A DNA stretch of 64,000 nucleotides, from positions 1 to 64,000 of the forward strand of contig JAHLWZ010000855.1 in the NCBI GenBank assembly GCA_020536535.1. Reading direction: 5' to 3'. The notes under the pieces are model-generated. The model ran no database searches. It was given only the letters and a program-made list of their open reading frames with translations, and was not told the origin of the DNA. The position numbers and the translations under genes are program-made. The stretch is from Pelomyxa schiedti (taxonomy: Eukaryota > Protista > Evosea). Below, piece after piece: positions 37,694 to 49,400 of this stretch (positions are counted from its first letter, which is position 1; each line of letters starts with the position of its first letter).

Positions 37694-38049
37694 AATTCTC
37701 AGTGTTCTTGTCCCGGGGCTATTGTGAGTGGGAGACTTGCATTGTTGTACTCTACCTGTAGAGCACTTATGGAGCCACATTCACTCGCGCTGGGCTGTCT
37801 TGGCTGGTCACTCTCCGCCCCAAGCCCACTGGGGTGGTCGGCCAGTGGGAACCCAGGGTTGCGGGATTGGAGCCGAAGGTCCACTCGGTTCCCTTCCTGC
37901 ACCCTGGTGCTTCCCGGTTGCCGACTCGTCTGGGTGGGCATTGGGCCCCAAGATGGGCCGGGCACCACTACACCATCGTAGTTCTTACATTTGCTTTCTG
38001 TATGTTGAGATATTCTGTGCGGAGTGAGGGCAACTAGCTTACAGGTGGA

Positions 38050-39158
38050 GGACAAGTGAGGAGTATGGTCTTGTGGCAAGGTCTTTTGATGCTGGTTCTT
38101 TGACTTATGGAGAGTAGAAGTGTCTAGAAGAGCAAGTTGTTGCAAACTACTGGAGAGATATTTAAGAGTGGAAGGAAATGGTAAGGGAACGCACATTGGG
38201 CAAGAGTTTTGATGTAATTAGTAGTTTGAAGCTGTATCTCTTGCAAAAGTTCTAGGAGAGAACTCCCCTGTCATATGATATGGGTTGGAATTTGCAGTTG
38301 CTTTGTATAAAGGGGTGCACCTTTTCGTAAGTACGGAGGCAGTTTTTGAACTGTCAAGTTGTTCATTGTACACCCGAATAAACCACAGATGCTTCTTGGT
38401 GTATTGCTTTGCACGAGACTCTGTGGACTTCCAAAGGATTTTGGATTCGTACGCTTTACGGAGGTTAGAATAAAAAACCTCACCACATAATCATGCCGCC
38501 GCAACTTTCAATACCAACACTTTATCTTACGACTGTGGGCCTTGGTATAACAATAAAAGTATTGAGGGAGTCAGAATAACCTTCAAATCAAAATAAGAAG
38601 GAAAATTAATGGCATAGGTAATTTCCTGTGCATTATGTTTTTATTGTGAAGTTCGAGGAGACCACTTGCTATATCGGTATGGTTTATTGATAAAGACCTA
38701 GTAAATTCGACTGTCGCACCAAGTTGTTCCACGAAAATCTAGCCTCGTTCTCACATACCGACCTCTTTTCTTTATGTAGGTTTCTATCTCATCATTGTTG
38801 CAGCACTCAAGAACAAGATATAAAGTGTTGCACTCAGGTGACTAATCATACAGTGAGTAGTAGATGCTAAGTGGCGGCATGTCTGTATGGCGGCATAAAT
38901 ATGGTTTCGTGCTAGTGTAACAACGTCTCTGTGATGCACAGACATGACGACTTGAACTTCTACAGTCCACAACTTGTGTTACAGAAGGTGAACTGAGCAG
39001 TATGTGCAATTTATGTGAGCAAATGTGGTGCCAGGGCACTACTGTCAAAACCTGTCACTTTTTTCCCACTTCGTGGCGGCAAGCCAATTTATGTATTGCC
39101 ACTCCAACAGCAACCTCGGTTCTCAGAAAGAAGGAAAAACAAAAGAAAATTTGTTTGT
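38050..39158 (-). pseudogene. Decayed Ser/Thr kinase domain (Atg1/ULK/CAMK-like)
   Basis: Kinase subdomain remnants occur in order but in shifting frames with stops: VAVG (for VAVK), EVQVVMSVHHRDVVTL, LYLVLECCNNDEIETYIKKRG, ASGLLELHNKNIMHR, DLK, VLKVA without DFG, YTKKHLW, LPPY and SLLELLQEI. Confidence 0.7.
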
Positions 39159-40567
39159 TCAGGGCTTTTGGCGGAAATACATATTGAGGCCTACTTGCAC
39201 AACAATGAGTGCCACGAGGCACAATAACGCAATGGGTACAAGCTGCGTGACACGACCGGAACGCGGGATGTTTCTGGTGGGTGTTGGAGTTGTTGTGTTT
39301 GCAATTGCGGGCAGTGATGAAGCTGCTGGAGCTTGGTGTGCTTCAAGGTGAGAGGGAACTGTTGAGCAAAGGTTAGTTGGTGAATTTGTACAGAAGGAGA
39401 GAGTACCGGACAGCTGAGTAGTGGAAGGTAGTAAGGAAACAGTGGCCGGGAGAGTTTTGAGGGGATTGTCTGAAACTGAATTTTGTTTTGTTGTTTATTG
39501 CTTGGTTAATTAAGTGTGGACTGAAGTGCAGCAATACTGTTTAATCTAGTAAGAGTAGTTAGCTTAAAAATCGATTCTGGCACAGTCGTTAACTGGTTCC
39601 CACTCACTGATATAAATTAATAGCGTGGTTGAGATGAGGAAATTTGTACGCCAAAGTTTTTGGAGCTTGGGAAGTTTTCCAAGCTCTTCCGTGACATGGT
39701 TGAGCTTGTTTTTTTTGACTTGGCAAAATTAAACACTCAGACCTAAAAAGGATTACACACCACCAAGTTCTTTAAGACTTGTTAGACAACCAAAGCCACC
39801 CGGTAATGTTGTTAGTTGGTTTGCAGACACTATTTCGTATTGAAAAGAGGAAGTTTGTTTGTTATTATACATACTGAACAGGAGCTCCAAGTTTGTCAAC
39901 TTGTAAAAGGAGGTTGGGAGTGCTTTTAAACAGTTGTGGCCAACTGAAAATTGATCAAAGGGATAGGGAAAAATAGGAGGATCACAAACGATACAAGGCT
40001 TTTAAAGCAGTAAGATTTCCGAAGTTGGCTGGAAGAGACACAATCTTGTTGCGGTGCACTGCAGGACCATTAGGTTACTTACTGGAAAACGGGAAATGCC
40101 ACCAGTTAGAACAGAAAGTTGGGTCAGAGAACAGAGGGCGTCTGGAAGACAACTCAAATCATTGAGAAGAACTAAGAACTGGGTCAAGAATTGAGTGCAA
40201 TTGATTCACTCTCACGTTGTAAGTGAGTCAAATTTGTAAGTCTGCCAATACCCTCAGGGATAGAGGTCAACTTGTTTCTCCCCACTTTTTTGTGTGTTTG
40301 TCAGATTAGGAGAAGTTGTTGTGTTGAGAGTGTATCCCCGACATTGCAAATTTGTCAATTTCTCAAGGTTCCACACATCTTTTGGAACTTCGTGCAAGTC
40401 ATTTTTGCTCACTGAACGAGGATGAGTCGTCAATTGAACGATACAAAGCACGCGAAAAGGCGAAGCGAAAACCGTGACACACAGCTAAGAGCTGTTATTG
40501 ATCGAGAACGTAGTGCCGCGGCACCCCCAGCGCTCAATAACTTCCCGTCACTAAGATCCACCAACAT
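39159..40567 (-). CDS. Leucine-rich repeat protein (about 10 typical 23-aa LRRs)
   Basis: ATG at 40567. Nine 69-nt exons (40343-40411 through 39407-39475) each encode one LRR, e.g. LGRNKLTSIPEGIGRLTNLTHLQ. In my model the frame stops at TGA 39159-39161. Confidence 0.85.
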
Positions 40568-40678
40568 ATCCGGGTACCACTTCGGCTTGGGGGAAAAAAA
40601 AGTGTGATCAGATAGAACAAGTGGTTGTACTTTTTCGTGAAGCATCAGAAGTTTGGTTTGATTTGACAAAAACAAAGA

Positions 40679-41937
40679 ATGTCGAACAGTGGGGAAGCCG
40701 CGCCGTTGTTGGCCAACGAGGAGCCACCCACAAGTGCGTCCTCGGGGATAGGCGGATCGTACGACATCAATTACAGCGGCGGCGCGACTCCCCTGACTCG
40801 CCGCAAGTCGTCGGCCCGAGACGCAACTGCAACCGCGACCAGCACCGCGGCGGCCCCCGACGTGTACGACGGCGACGACTCGACCCGCGCCGCGTCCGCC
40901 TCGGCAGCAGCGACGTCGTACTCGAGCGGCGGCGCCGAGGACGACGTCGTGGCGGGGGGCTACAGCAGCGGCTCCCCGCGGGTATCGGGCCGCGACGCCT
41001 ACGGCGAGGAGGAGGAGGCCGGCGGGAGAGGGGCCCCGCCGTCGTCGTCGGCTGCGGCGTCCCTCGCGTACGCGGCGACGTCGAGCGGGAGGCTCAGGAT
41101 GGTCGGCGAGATGGTGTTCACGTCGCTGGTGTTCGCCGTCTGCGGCGCGATTCTGATCGCTTGCTGCGCCTATTCTTTCGCGCAGAGCACCATTTGGTAC
41201 TGGTACAAATTGGACACAGGAGAGGGTTTGTTTGATTTCAACTACCTCGATTTTTGGCTTTTTTGTGTTGTTGTTGCTGTTGCTGGTGTCATTTTCGGGG
41301 ATGTTTGTTTCTTTTTTTTTTTTTTTTCTTTTTGTTGTGTTGGGTACTGTGGAATTCACACCATAAAAGCCAATGTATATGAGACATATGACAGCGTCCA
41401 GCAGTGGCAACCTTTGGCTGATTTGTATTTCCAAACCAGGTGCCTTATGGCTTCTGGCGTTGCAATCGAAGTGTTTGTGTGCGTCGGAGTCATTTTAACC
41501 CAGTGCCTCAGAAGATTTAGATGGCTATAGTATGGTTCTCTCCTTCCATTATACTAATTCCCATATCCGTACTGCCAATTTCTTTATTCCCAACGTTATT
41601 CCTTAAAGTTTTGTGTGGATGTTCTGCAGTTTTGCTGGTGTTGCACTACTTATTGCTGCTGCTTATGTATTCCTTGCCTATCACCCTTCAGCAATGACAG
41701 ATGCTGGAATATGTGTTGCCAAAGCGTCTAGTGCTTGTACTTCGTTTTACGGGGATTTAATTGGATCCGGTGATACTGCCAACGAAGCAAGTTGGCATCC
41801 CAGTGTGTTGCCGCTATTTTCATGTTTGAGGGTTAACAGAATGCATAGAAACTGGTTGGATGATGACAACACTTGCTTGGCCTGTAGCTTTAATTGTTCT
41901 GATCGAAACGATATGGGCTCGGGCTTCCCCCCATTGA
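40679..41937 (+). CDS. Four-TM claudin/amastin-like membrane protein with Ser/Ala-rich cytoplasmic N-terminus
   Basis: Four hydrophobic helices, a Cys pair in the second loop and SWHPKTGW before TM4. Three introns, stop at 41935-41937. Confidence 0.7.
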
Positions 41938-42005
41938 AGCCCCCACGCTGATAGTATTGTGTAATAGTAAAATAAAATTCCTCTGTTCATTGAACACAAG
42001 TTTAT

Positions 42006-43810
42006 TCACAAGCCAGAACAAGTTTTTCCCAAACACCGTTGGCGTGGGACAGTTGGCCGGCAAAGGTAAGACCAGATGGAATCAATTTGGGGAAGGGGTA
42101 TTATGTACAAAGAGCTGTTTCTTCCGCATGTGGGGTGGTGAGACAAGGCATACAACCAATGCAGCTGTTTCTTCATGAAAGCCTAGTGGGTATTAAGTTT
42201 GTAAAAGAGCGTTTCTGTAGGATTTACCTGGAGAGGTTCTATGTATTCCAGAGCGGTAGCTAACCCAGGTCTTTCATCGGGGCGCGGTATTGCCCCTTTG
42301 TCCAAGAGGAATTGAGCAACCAGTACCGACTCTTGCGGGCGGCATTTTCTGTGTGTATTGAGGCCAGGCATGGACCAGAACAAAGCTTGGGATAGTGCTG
42401 TTTTGCTTACTGGTTTTGTATGTTCATTCAAGTCGGCTCCGTTGCTTAATAGATAGAGGACTCTCTCAACGGAACCCAACATCACAGCCGAAGCCAGGGG
42501 TGTAATGCACTCCGTTTTGGAAAATTTCCACAAGGCTGGTGTGCCCACGACATCAGGCCTTGCTTTAAGAAGAGCTTGAATAAGCTTTTCTGATTGAGTG
42601 ATGCTTGAACAGCACAAATGCACAAGTGCTTGTGGTGCCCAATCAGAGTTCTTCTTGTCAGCTTTTGACCATTGAGCACCACATTCAAGAAGTGCAATGG
42701 CAGAATCACCTTTTTCCAGAAGAATTGCAACAAGAAGGGGATGAAGAGAAGCTCGAGATGGAATCCAATCAACACCCCAACAAGGGTGTGATTCAGGAGT
42801 ATTTACAGATACTCCTGCTTTAGAGAGTGCCACTATGACGTCGGGATTATTTACTACAACAGCTTCCATTAAGAGTCTAGTATTGGGAGCGACAACTTTG
42901 AAAGAGAGTAAAGTGAGTAGTGCTGCGGATCCTGTTGTATGGACAGCAAGGCGCAATTCCTCCTCTGATATTTTCGCACCAGCTTTGTACAAAGTGCGCA
43001 AGCAGTCAACATTTTTGTAGCTGTGATGAATTGCCTTTCTCCCTAATCTATCAGAGTATGCATTTGGAGAGACTCCACTTTGTAAGAGAATCTAAAGTGA
43101 TTCTTTGTTTGTGACGTTTGCTTCTGCTATCTTTGTATACCTTGACGCATTTTTTATTGCCCTTGGTTAGAGCTTCAAATAAGGCATCTTGTAGCATTTG
43201 TTTTTGGCCCCGACAATATCCAACAAGCAAATGGAAAATGGTGTCCCGTACCTGATTTTATGGTAGCTGAAAGGGGAGGAAATGATAGAAGTTCACCTCA
43301 GTTTGGGGCTGCTTAATGCAGTCCTCCAAGAAGGTAGTTGAGTACCCCCTTCTCACAGTTGCACCTGCAGCTATCAAAGTCTCTACCATCTTCACAGATT
43401 TCGTGCGCACTGCAATTGTCCAAGCTATGTCAGGACACAAATCACCCTTCAGTCTTCACAGTAAATTCAAGGAAATGATAAAGATGACAATACCTGGAGC
43501 AAAGCCATAGAACGAACTGCTCATTTTCCAAAACAGTCGTTTCGTCGTCCGAGAGCCAATAGGTGTTTCTCCAGTTGGCTGCCTCACACAGCAACTGCTC
43601 GAAGTTGAAATGAGCAAAATCCCTCATAGACGCCAACATCTCGTTTGCACGTTCTTCTCCCTCCTCATTAAACGCCTTTATCAACTTCTACGCACCCACA
43701 GTAAGTTCAAGCAAAGATATTGCTTTAGGGGATTAAATCATAAGAAATACAGGAATGGCATCCGGACTTTGATCAGCAGTGAAGTGGATTATTTCGCTCG
43801 TGTTGCCCAT
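42006..43810 (-). CDS. Ankyrin-repeat protein, probably N-myristoylated
   Basis: MGNTS start. Ankyrin motifs VKMVETLIAAGA, HPLLVAILLEKGDSAIALLECGA, TPLASAVMLGSVERVLYLLSNGADLN and KTALSQA. Tail ALSHHPTCGRNSSLYIIPLPQIDSIW. Confidence 0.85.
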
Positions 43811-43911
43811 GTTGCAAAGGTTAGTTTGTTTTTTGTTTTGTTGAATTCACTCAAAAATTTTCGTAGGTTTTTTCCGGGAAATGACTGTTTGATGACAAAA
43901 ACTCAAACGAA

Positions 43912-45183
43912 ATGGTGAAGGTGGCGGGTGGGTTTGTGTCCAACTCCTCTTCGACTTCGTACTTCCTGATGTGGACTGACACCCCACAGTCCGATGTGCT
44001 AGAGAAAACCAAGCATTGTGTGGCCACGGCCGACGTGGCGGAAGAAATGGACGGGTTTCCTGCTGAATCCCGTGCGGTAAGTGCCGTGTGCTGGCTCATT
44101 GAATCGCGTCGGTGCCCGGTTTCGCTCGTGTTTGTCTGAATGAATCCCCACACTTTTGAGATAGGGATACGTTCCGTGCCGGGTGCATACACCGCAAAAG
44201 GGGAACAGGCGCATGCACCGCAGAGAAGATTCTCAGCCCGCAAGACCGGCTCTTGAATATGTTGTTTGTCACGAATGCATGATCAAGTGTGATGCCTGGA
44301 TTGAAAGTGTGATGCCCTGGGTCAGGACCAGACGCGCCAAAGCTCTTTCAAACTCTGCTTTACCAGTGCTGTGCACCAATCTCAGTTATGGCCACTCACT
44401 CATGTACAGCAACAAGCTACCCCACACGTACCAGTTGAAGCTACTCCAACTCTACCAGTTCTTGGAAAAGAGTTGCTTAGCCTTATATTTAAGTACGTAA
44501 TAACCATTTGGGAGCGGCGGCACTCGCAGGCCTATTACGATTGCGTCAATTCCACTTCATTCGACATTCAGATACTGAGACTGAAACAAGGGCTACCCGA
44601 AGTGGAGCTTAAACCAGAACACTTTCTGCCGATAGAATCACGGTTCCCAAGAAGCAATGAAGAAGTTCTAGCTGCTACCAAAGTGCTGTTCTCTCTATCA
44701 ACCGTCTGCAAAAGGTAACCTCATACGGGATGCACATCACAATCTAACAGTATCCCCAGTTGGAGGGAGGCTTCGTTGGAGGACTCAATCTGGAGGGACA
44801 TGTTGAAGGAGTCTTTTGTGCAGGACTACCTCCCAGGAAGGTTTGTCTTCCTTCTACTGATACCTTAAAACCTAACAGCAACCATTCAAAGGAGTATCTA
44901 CGAACCCGTGAATGGAGTTGATCGCGTGTCAACATGCCGAGAGCTTGGCATTAGGTTCTGCAGACGAATGGTGGCTCAGCAGGCCATTCCACTGCAGAAA
45001 TGGGCACCCAAATACTTCCAAATGGCTCGGCCGCTGTCTTCTACCTGCAAGGACACTGTTCTCAACTTTGTGAAGGGATGCAAAACAGGTACACTCATTA
45101 CAGAGGGACAGTGTGTAATTGGTGGCCGGAATACCTCCCTCGAATATTGGCGCACTCACGCGACTATGCTTGGCCGTTCTTGA
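43912..45183 (+). CDS. F-box-like protein with N-terminal FVSNSSSTS motif
   Basis: Starts MVKVAGGFVSNSSSTSYFL. A split F-box reads LPVLGKELLSLIFK ... VLFSLSTVCK..SWREASLEDSIWRDML. GT-AG introns link ORFs 43912, 44183, 44371 and 44908. Confidence 0.65.
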
Positions 45184-45515
45184 TCTCTTAAACTTGATCT
45201 CCAAGACTTCGTTTCTTTCTTCAGCTTGAAGAGATCAAAATTCATAAACCGAAGAAGTGAAGATTTTCTCCGCCGTAAGTGGAACATTCTCGGAATGGTT
45301 GTTTACTGCCGGCCTCACGGATTCGGCTTAGTGGCACAGAAACTTTCTGTTTCTGTTGTTCCTCTTTTCTTCGGGCTGAAGCTTCGTTCTGAGATTTTTT
45401 CCTGTGGTGGAAGAAGGAAGTCCTTGTTATCCGAATGACTGTTTAAAAAGAACTCAGGTAAAAACCACCAACCGGGCATTTAAGTGTTGGTGAGGTCTGA
45501 TATTTTCATTAGCCA

Positions 45516-46007
45516 ATGGAAAAAGCTGTGGCCGCACACGTTAACTCAGTCCTGAGTCCCATGCCCTTGTCGAATACCACCCTGTCATCATCTACTTTTA
45601 CATCCCGAGTCATCCCCGCCATTGGCATTGAAGCACTTCTACAGAGACTTACGAAGTACTGGGGAGTACCCACAGAGGCCCTCGTCCTTGCCTGTGTACT
45701 ACTCGACAGGGCCTGCGCACCGTCGCCGTCCATCCCATCATCGAGTGCTGGCTACGTCACGGCGCCGTCTTCCGGCCTCGTACTCACTACGAAGACGGTG
45801 CACAAGGCACTGCTCACGGCCGTGCTTGTCGCCACGAAGTACATCGAGGAAAGCTACTCGCGACAAAAAGGCTTCGCGCTGGCCTCTGGCCTGAGGCCTC
45901 AGCAAATGGTCACACTGGAGAAGGAATTCCTCAAGTCCATCTCTTTCTGCCTCTATGTAGATCAGACCACGTGGGACTCCTACGTGCTGCGACTCAACGC
46001 TCTCTGA
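45516..46007 (+). CDS. PHO80/P-U-type cyclin
   Basis: Single exon: PAIGIEALLQRLTKY, EALVLACVLLDR, TVHKALLTAVLVATKYIEE and LEKEFLKSISFCLYV. Confidence 0.9.
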   Translation: MEKAVAAHVNSVLSPMPLSNTTLSSSTFTSRVIPAIGIEALLQRLTKYWGVPTEALVLACVLLDRACAPSPSIPSSSAGYVTAPSSGLVLTTKTVHKALLTAVLVATKYIEESYSRQKGFALASGLRPQQMVTLEKEFLKSISFCLYVDQTTWDSYVLRLNAL

Positions 46008-46498
46008 ATCTGTAAACTTTTTTTTTGTACATTTCTGTGAATCAACAGCAAAAAGAAAAAAAAAATACAAGGGTCGCAGCTGACACCTACGACACCTTAA
46101 CATCCCATTCTCATGTGACGCCCCTGCAAAATAATTTCTCTCCTGAAATTTTGGAAGTTTGTTTTTCACTTCAGGCTGTTTGTTTGCTGCAGCCTCGTTC
46201 GTACATAGCATTCCCGTGGAACAATGACTTTCACTATCGAATGGAACAGGCCATTAATTTCTTTGTTTTTTGCAGTACAGTATGCCTTCGTACGAGATAT
46301 CATTGCCTAACACGCAGTTCAGCTTCACGTGGTTCACTTAGTATCTGGTTGTCACACCGAGCAAACTCGCATAAGATTTCATAAAAGAAACAAAAAACCT
46401 CGCTACAACAACGTGTGTGCCAAAGTTTTTTTTGGTTTTTGCCCGACGCGGCGCTGAGATCTCGACAAGAAAAGAAAAAAACCTTCGTAAGGTGTTCG

Positions 46499-49400
46499 AT
46501 GGCCAGCACTCCGCTTCGTCCGAGACAACAAACAACGCTCGCATTTGGTACGCCGTGTTCTCGTGCGTCTACGTCATCTGCGCGAATGTCGATGTCACCG
46601 TATTGCGGCTGTACTTGTCAATCGCCATCTTCGCTTATGCATTTCCACGCGGGCGGCACACCGGCACAATCTCCGCATTCAAACGGGAAAGCTCAAAAAC
46701 AGTTGCTTTTGCCAGCACTGATGCAAGGAACACTGCACACTACAACCACTTCCCAAGAACTCACTCAAACCAACACAGCAACACCTACTACAACTTCGGC
46801 CAATACTACTTCTATTTCACCTCACGGTTCACATACTCCAGTTTTGCTCTCACCTCGTTCAAACGCACAATTACGGGGTCTCAGACATTCTGTTGACAAC
46901 TCACAACCAAATGTAAAAAATAGCCCAACAGCCAGCACCTTTACAACTCCAAGACATACTATGCTATTTTCCCGTTCTTCTGTTTTTGATGATGACAGAG
47001 GTCTTTTACTCACGTCTTCGAAAAGGACTGGGACTCCTGTATCACTTGATTTGCAGGTTTTCTCTTTGCCCCTATTCTTTTTTCTTAGACGTTTCTTCAG
47101 GACGGGCCTAATAAAAGTACACCACACACTCACTCTCTGAATTGTACTCCACTACCTTCCCCATCAACCTACCACAGGGCACTACCACGCAACTCTTGCA
47201 CCCCCTCCCCTGACCACAGTTCCCACCATCACCTAGATGATTTGTGGTGTCAAGAGTCAGACAAATCAAAACAAACGTCACTATTAAATTGGGCAACGAT
47301 CAAAGTTTCCTTAACGGTACGTTTTTTCCCTCAATAATCTCATCTGATTACTTCAGGGATCAGTTCCTATATGCATTCCTCCTCCACCACCTCCTCCACA
47401 CACACCAACTCTCCCACAATTTCTCTCTCCCAAGTTCCAAAAAAATCGGGTTATGGCAACCAAGTGGAAGCCTTTCCCTCCAGAAGTAGTATCAACACCA
47501 ATTATCGAGTCCCCCACAAAGATCATTTCCACCAGACCTACTACTAATCTCTCTGAATTGCAAGATGTTCCAACAATAGAAAACGCAGTTGTAAATCAAT
47601 TTGACCAGCTGACACTCCAGTCAGACGTGTCACACATAGTTACCCCCCTGGCCCCTCAGCCAAAGCAACACGAGAACACTGCAGAAGAACAGTTTCACAA
47701 AGATTCACTGTTTGAAGACTTGGCTGAGAAATCAACACAATCGAAGCAACAACTCGTATTGGATCAGGGACCACAAACTCAAGAAGTATCTTTAGATACT
47801 GAACACTCCACACTTCCTACAGCTACAGATACTTCAACACCCCAGATTTCCCGTTGGAGTAAAAATGTGGAAGTTTTGAATCAACACCCATGCACTATAG
47901 AACTCCCTTCTCAATTCACTCGACAAGAGAGTTTTCTCTCTACTACCAGTGAGACCACACAGTTGATTGCACCAAGTGAGCATACTGCCATTCAGACAAC
48001 AGATCAAGAGCCTCTTCCATTGTGTGAACCATCGAGAGACCTCCAACCACAAGTTGCTGTGACCCAAGAACCCATAGTAATGAGCATTGACAAGTCAAAT
48101 ACCGAGACCGACCCTGCAAAAGGGATTGAAGGTAGCCCTCACATTGCCCCTGCGATTTCTAGTCAGTTGACCCAGCCAAATCCACCTGTTGAACCTGCAC
48201 CTGATGTGGTGATCCTCCAAGCTGAACACACAGCTAATCTGGAACCAACCATCCAAGGTGACCAAAACATCTCAACAGCCGTTGCAGTTCTGGCAGCTGT
48301 ACTTCCTGAAGCTGTCCTGCCTGAAATTACATTACCCCCTCCTGTACTCACTGAGCCAGTAGACGAGGTTGTAAATCGTTCATCCTCATCAGATTCAGTC
48401 CAAATTCCTGTACCAACGGAGATCTCTTTTGCTAAAGAGGCACACAGTGAAAATAGTAAATTATACTTAGTGGTCAAAGTACCTCCATCCCGTGGAAAGG
48501 CTTCTTCATCAAGAAAGGTGAGTAGAGATTAAAGCTGTGCTTTTCCTACTCATTTAGAACTCAGGAACAAGCAAGTGATGATGATGGCTATCAGAAGTCA
48601 CTACGCAATGTATACCTTTCCTGCATGCAATTTTCCCTTATTATTTCAAAGAGATTTTTCCTTGAATTACAGGAACACAAAGCAGTTAATGAATCTGATC
48701 AGAAAGCTAAACAGGTTTCTTTATCTTACTCCATATCTACTTCTAAATGTCTTGACAGCGTATCATCAACAGAAAATTTTTTTGGTATGCCTGCACTCAG
48801 ATTAAGTGATGAATAAGGCTTACTAGGGGACCTCACCATCAGAAAGGACCGTCAGCCAGAGAGAAGCAACAAAAAGATGCCCAGGAGCAATTTCTTTCTG
48901 CCCCACTTGTGGACGGATTGCCAGTCCCATCTGAATTAATTCTGCCTAAGCACATTGTTGTTACCAATAATAATACTAATAACTTTCTGATGTAATGTCT
49001 ATAGTATTCTCTTCAGCCTGATGAGGCGGAGCTGGCGGTATATGAATACCAAAATAACGTTGCATTACAAGACGGGTCTTCAGCACTCTCTCCTCACCAC
49101 CAGCACCGTTATCTAACAAGACAAGATGACCCTAACAGACAAGAGGACTCTACTCAAACCCAAATTTCTCCTGCTCTTCCCAAAGCCAATGTAAGACTTA
49201 TTGCGGATTATGACCCTCCTCTAAGAGTGTCAGCTGACATTTCTTTCCAATTGTTGTTCTCTTTGTCTTTCTCAGCTAATTCACGTGAAGGCTTCACGAG
49301 AGTGGCTATATATCGGCGGCAATACCTACTCATCTTGCCGGAAAACCATTATGTCAGAGTCTTGGTAAACGTGGTGGAGGAATTCTTGGTGAGCACTACA

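Noticed and set aside
37699-38196. 165-aa minus-strand ORF as an independent gene
   Set aside because: More likely the remnant C-terminal tail of the decayed LRR-kinase.
39190-39250. Apparent TM helix after the LRRs (receptor-kinase interpretation)
   Set aside because: The hydrophobic stretch fits inside a GT-AG intron and the protein has no signal peptide, although this cannot be fully excluded.
41226-41369. Intron-like T tract seemingly lacking an AG acceptor
   Set aside because: A canonical in-frame AAG acceptor exists at 41369.
40430-41434. 334-aa minus-strand ORF
   Set aside because: Mostly a GC-rich antisense shadow of the 4-TM gene. Only its end coincides with LRR exon 1.
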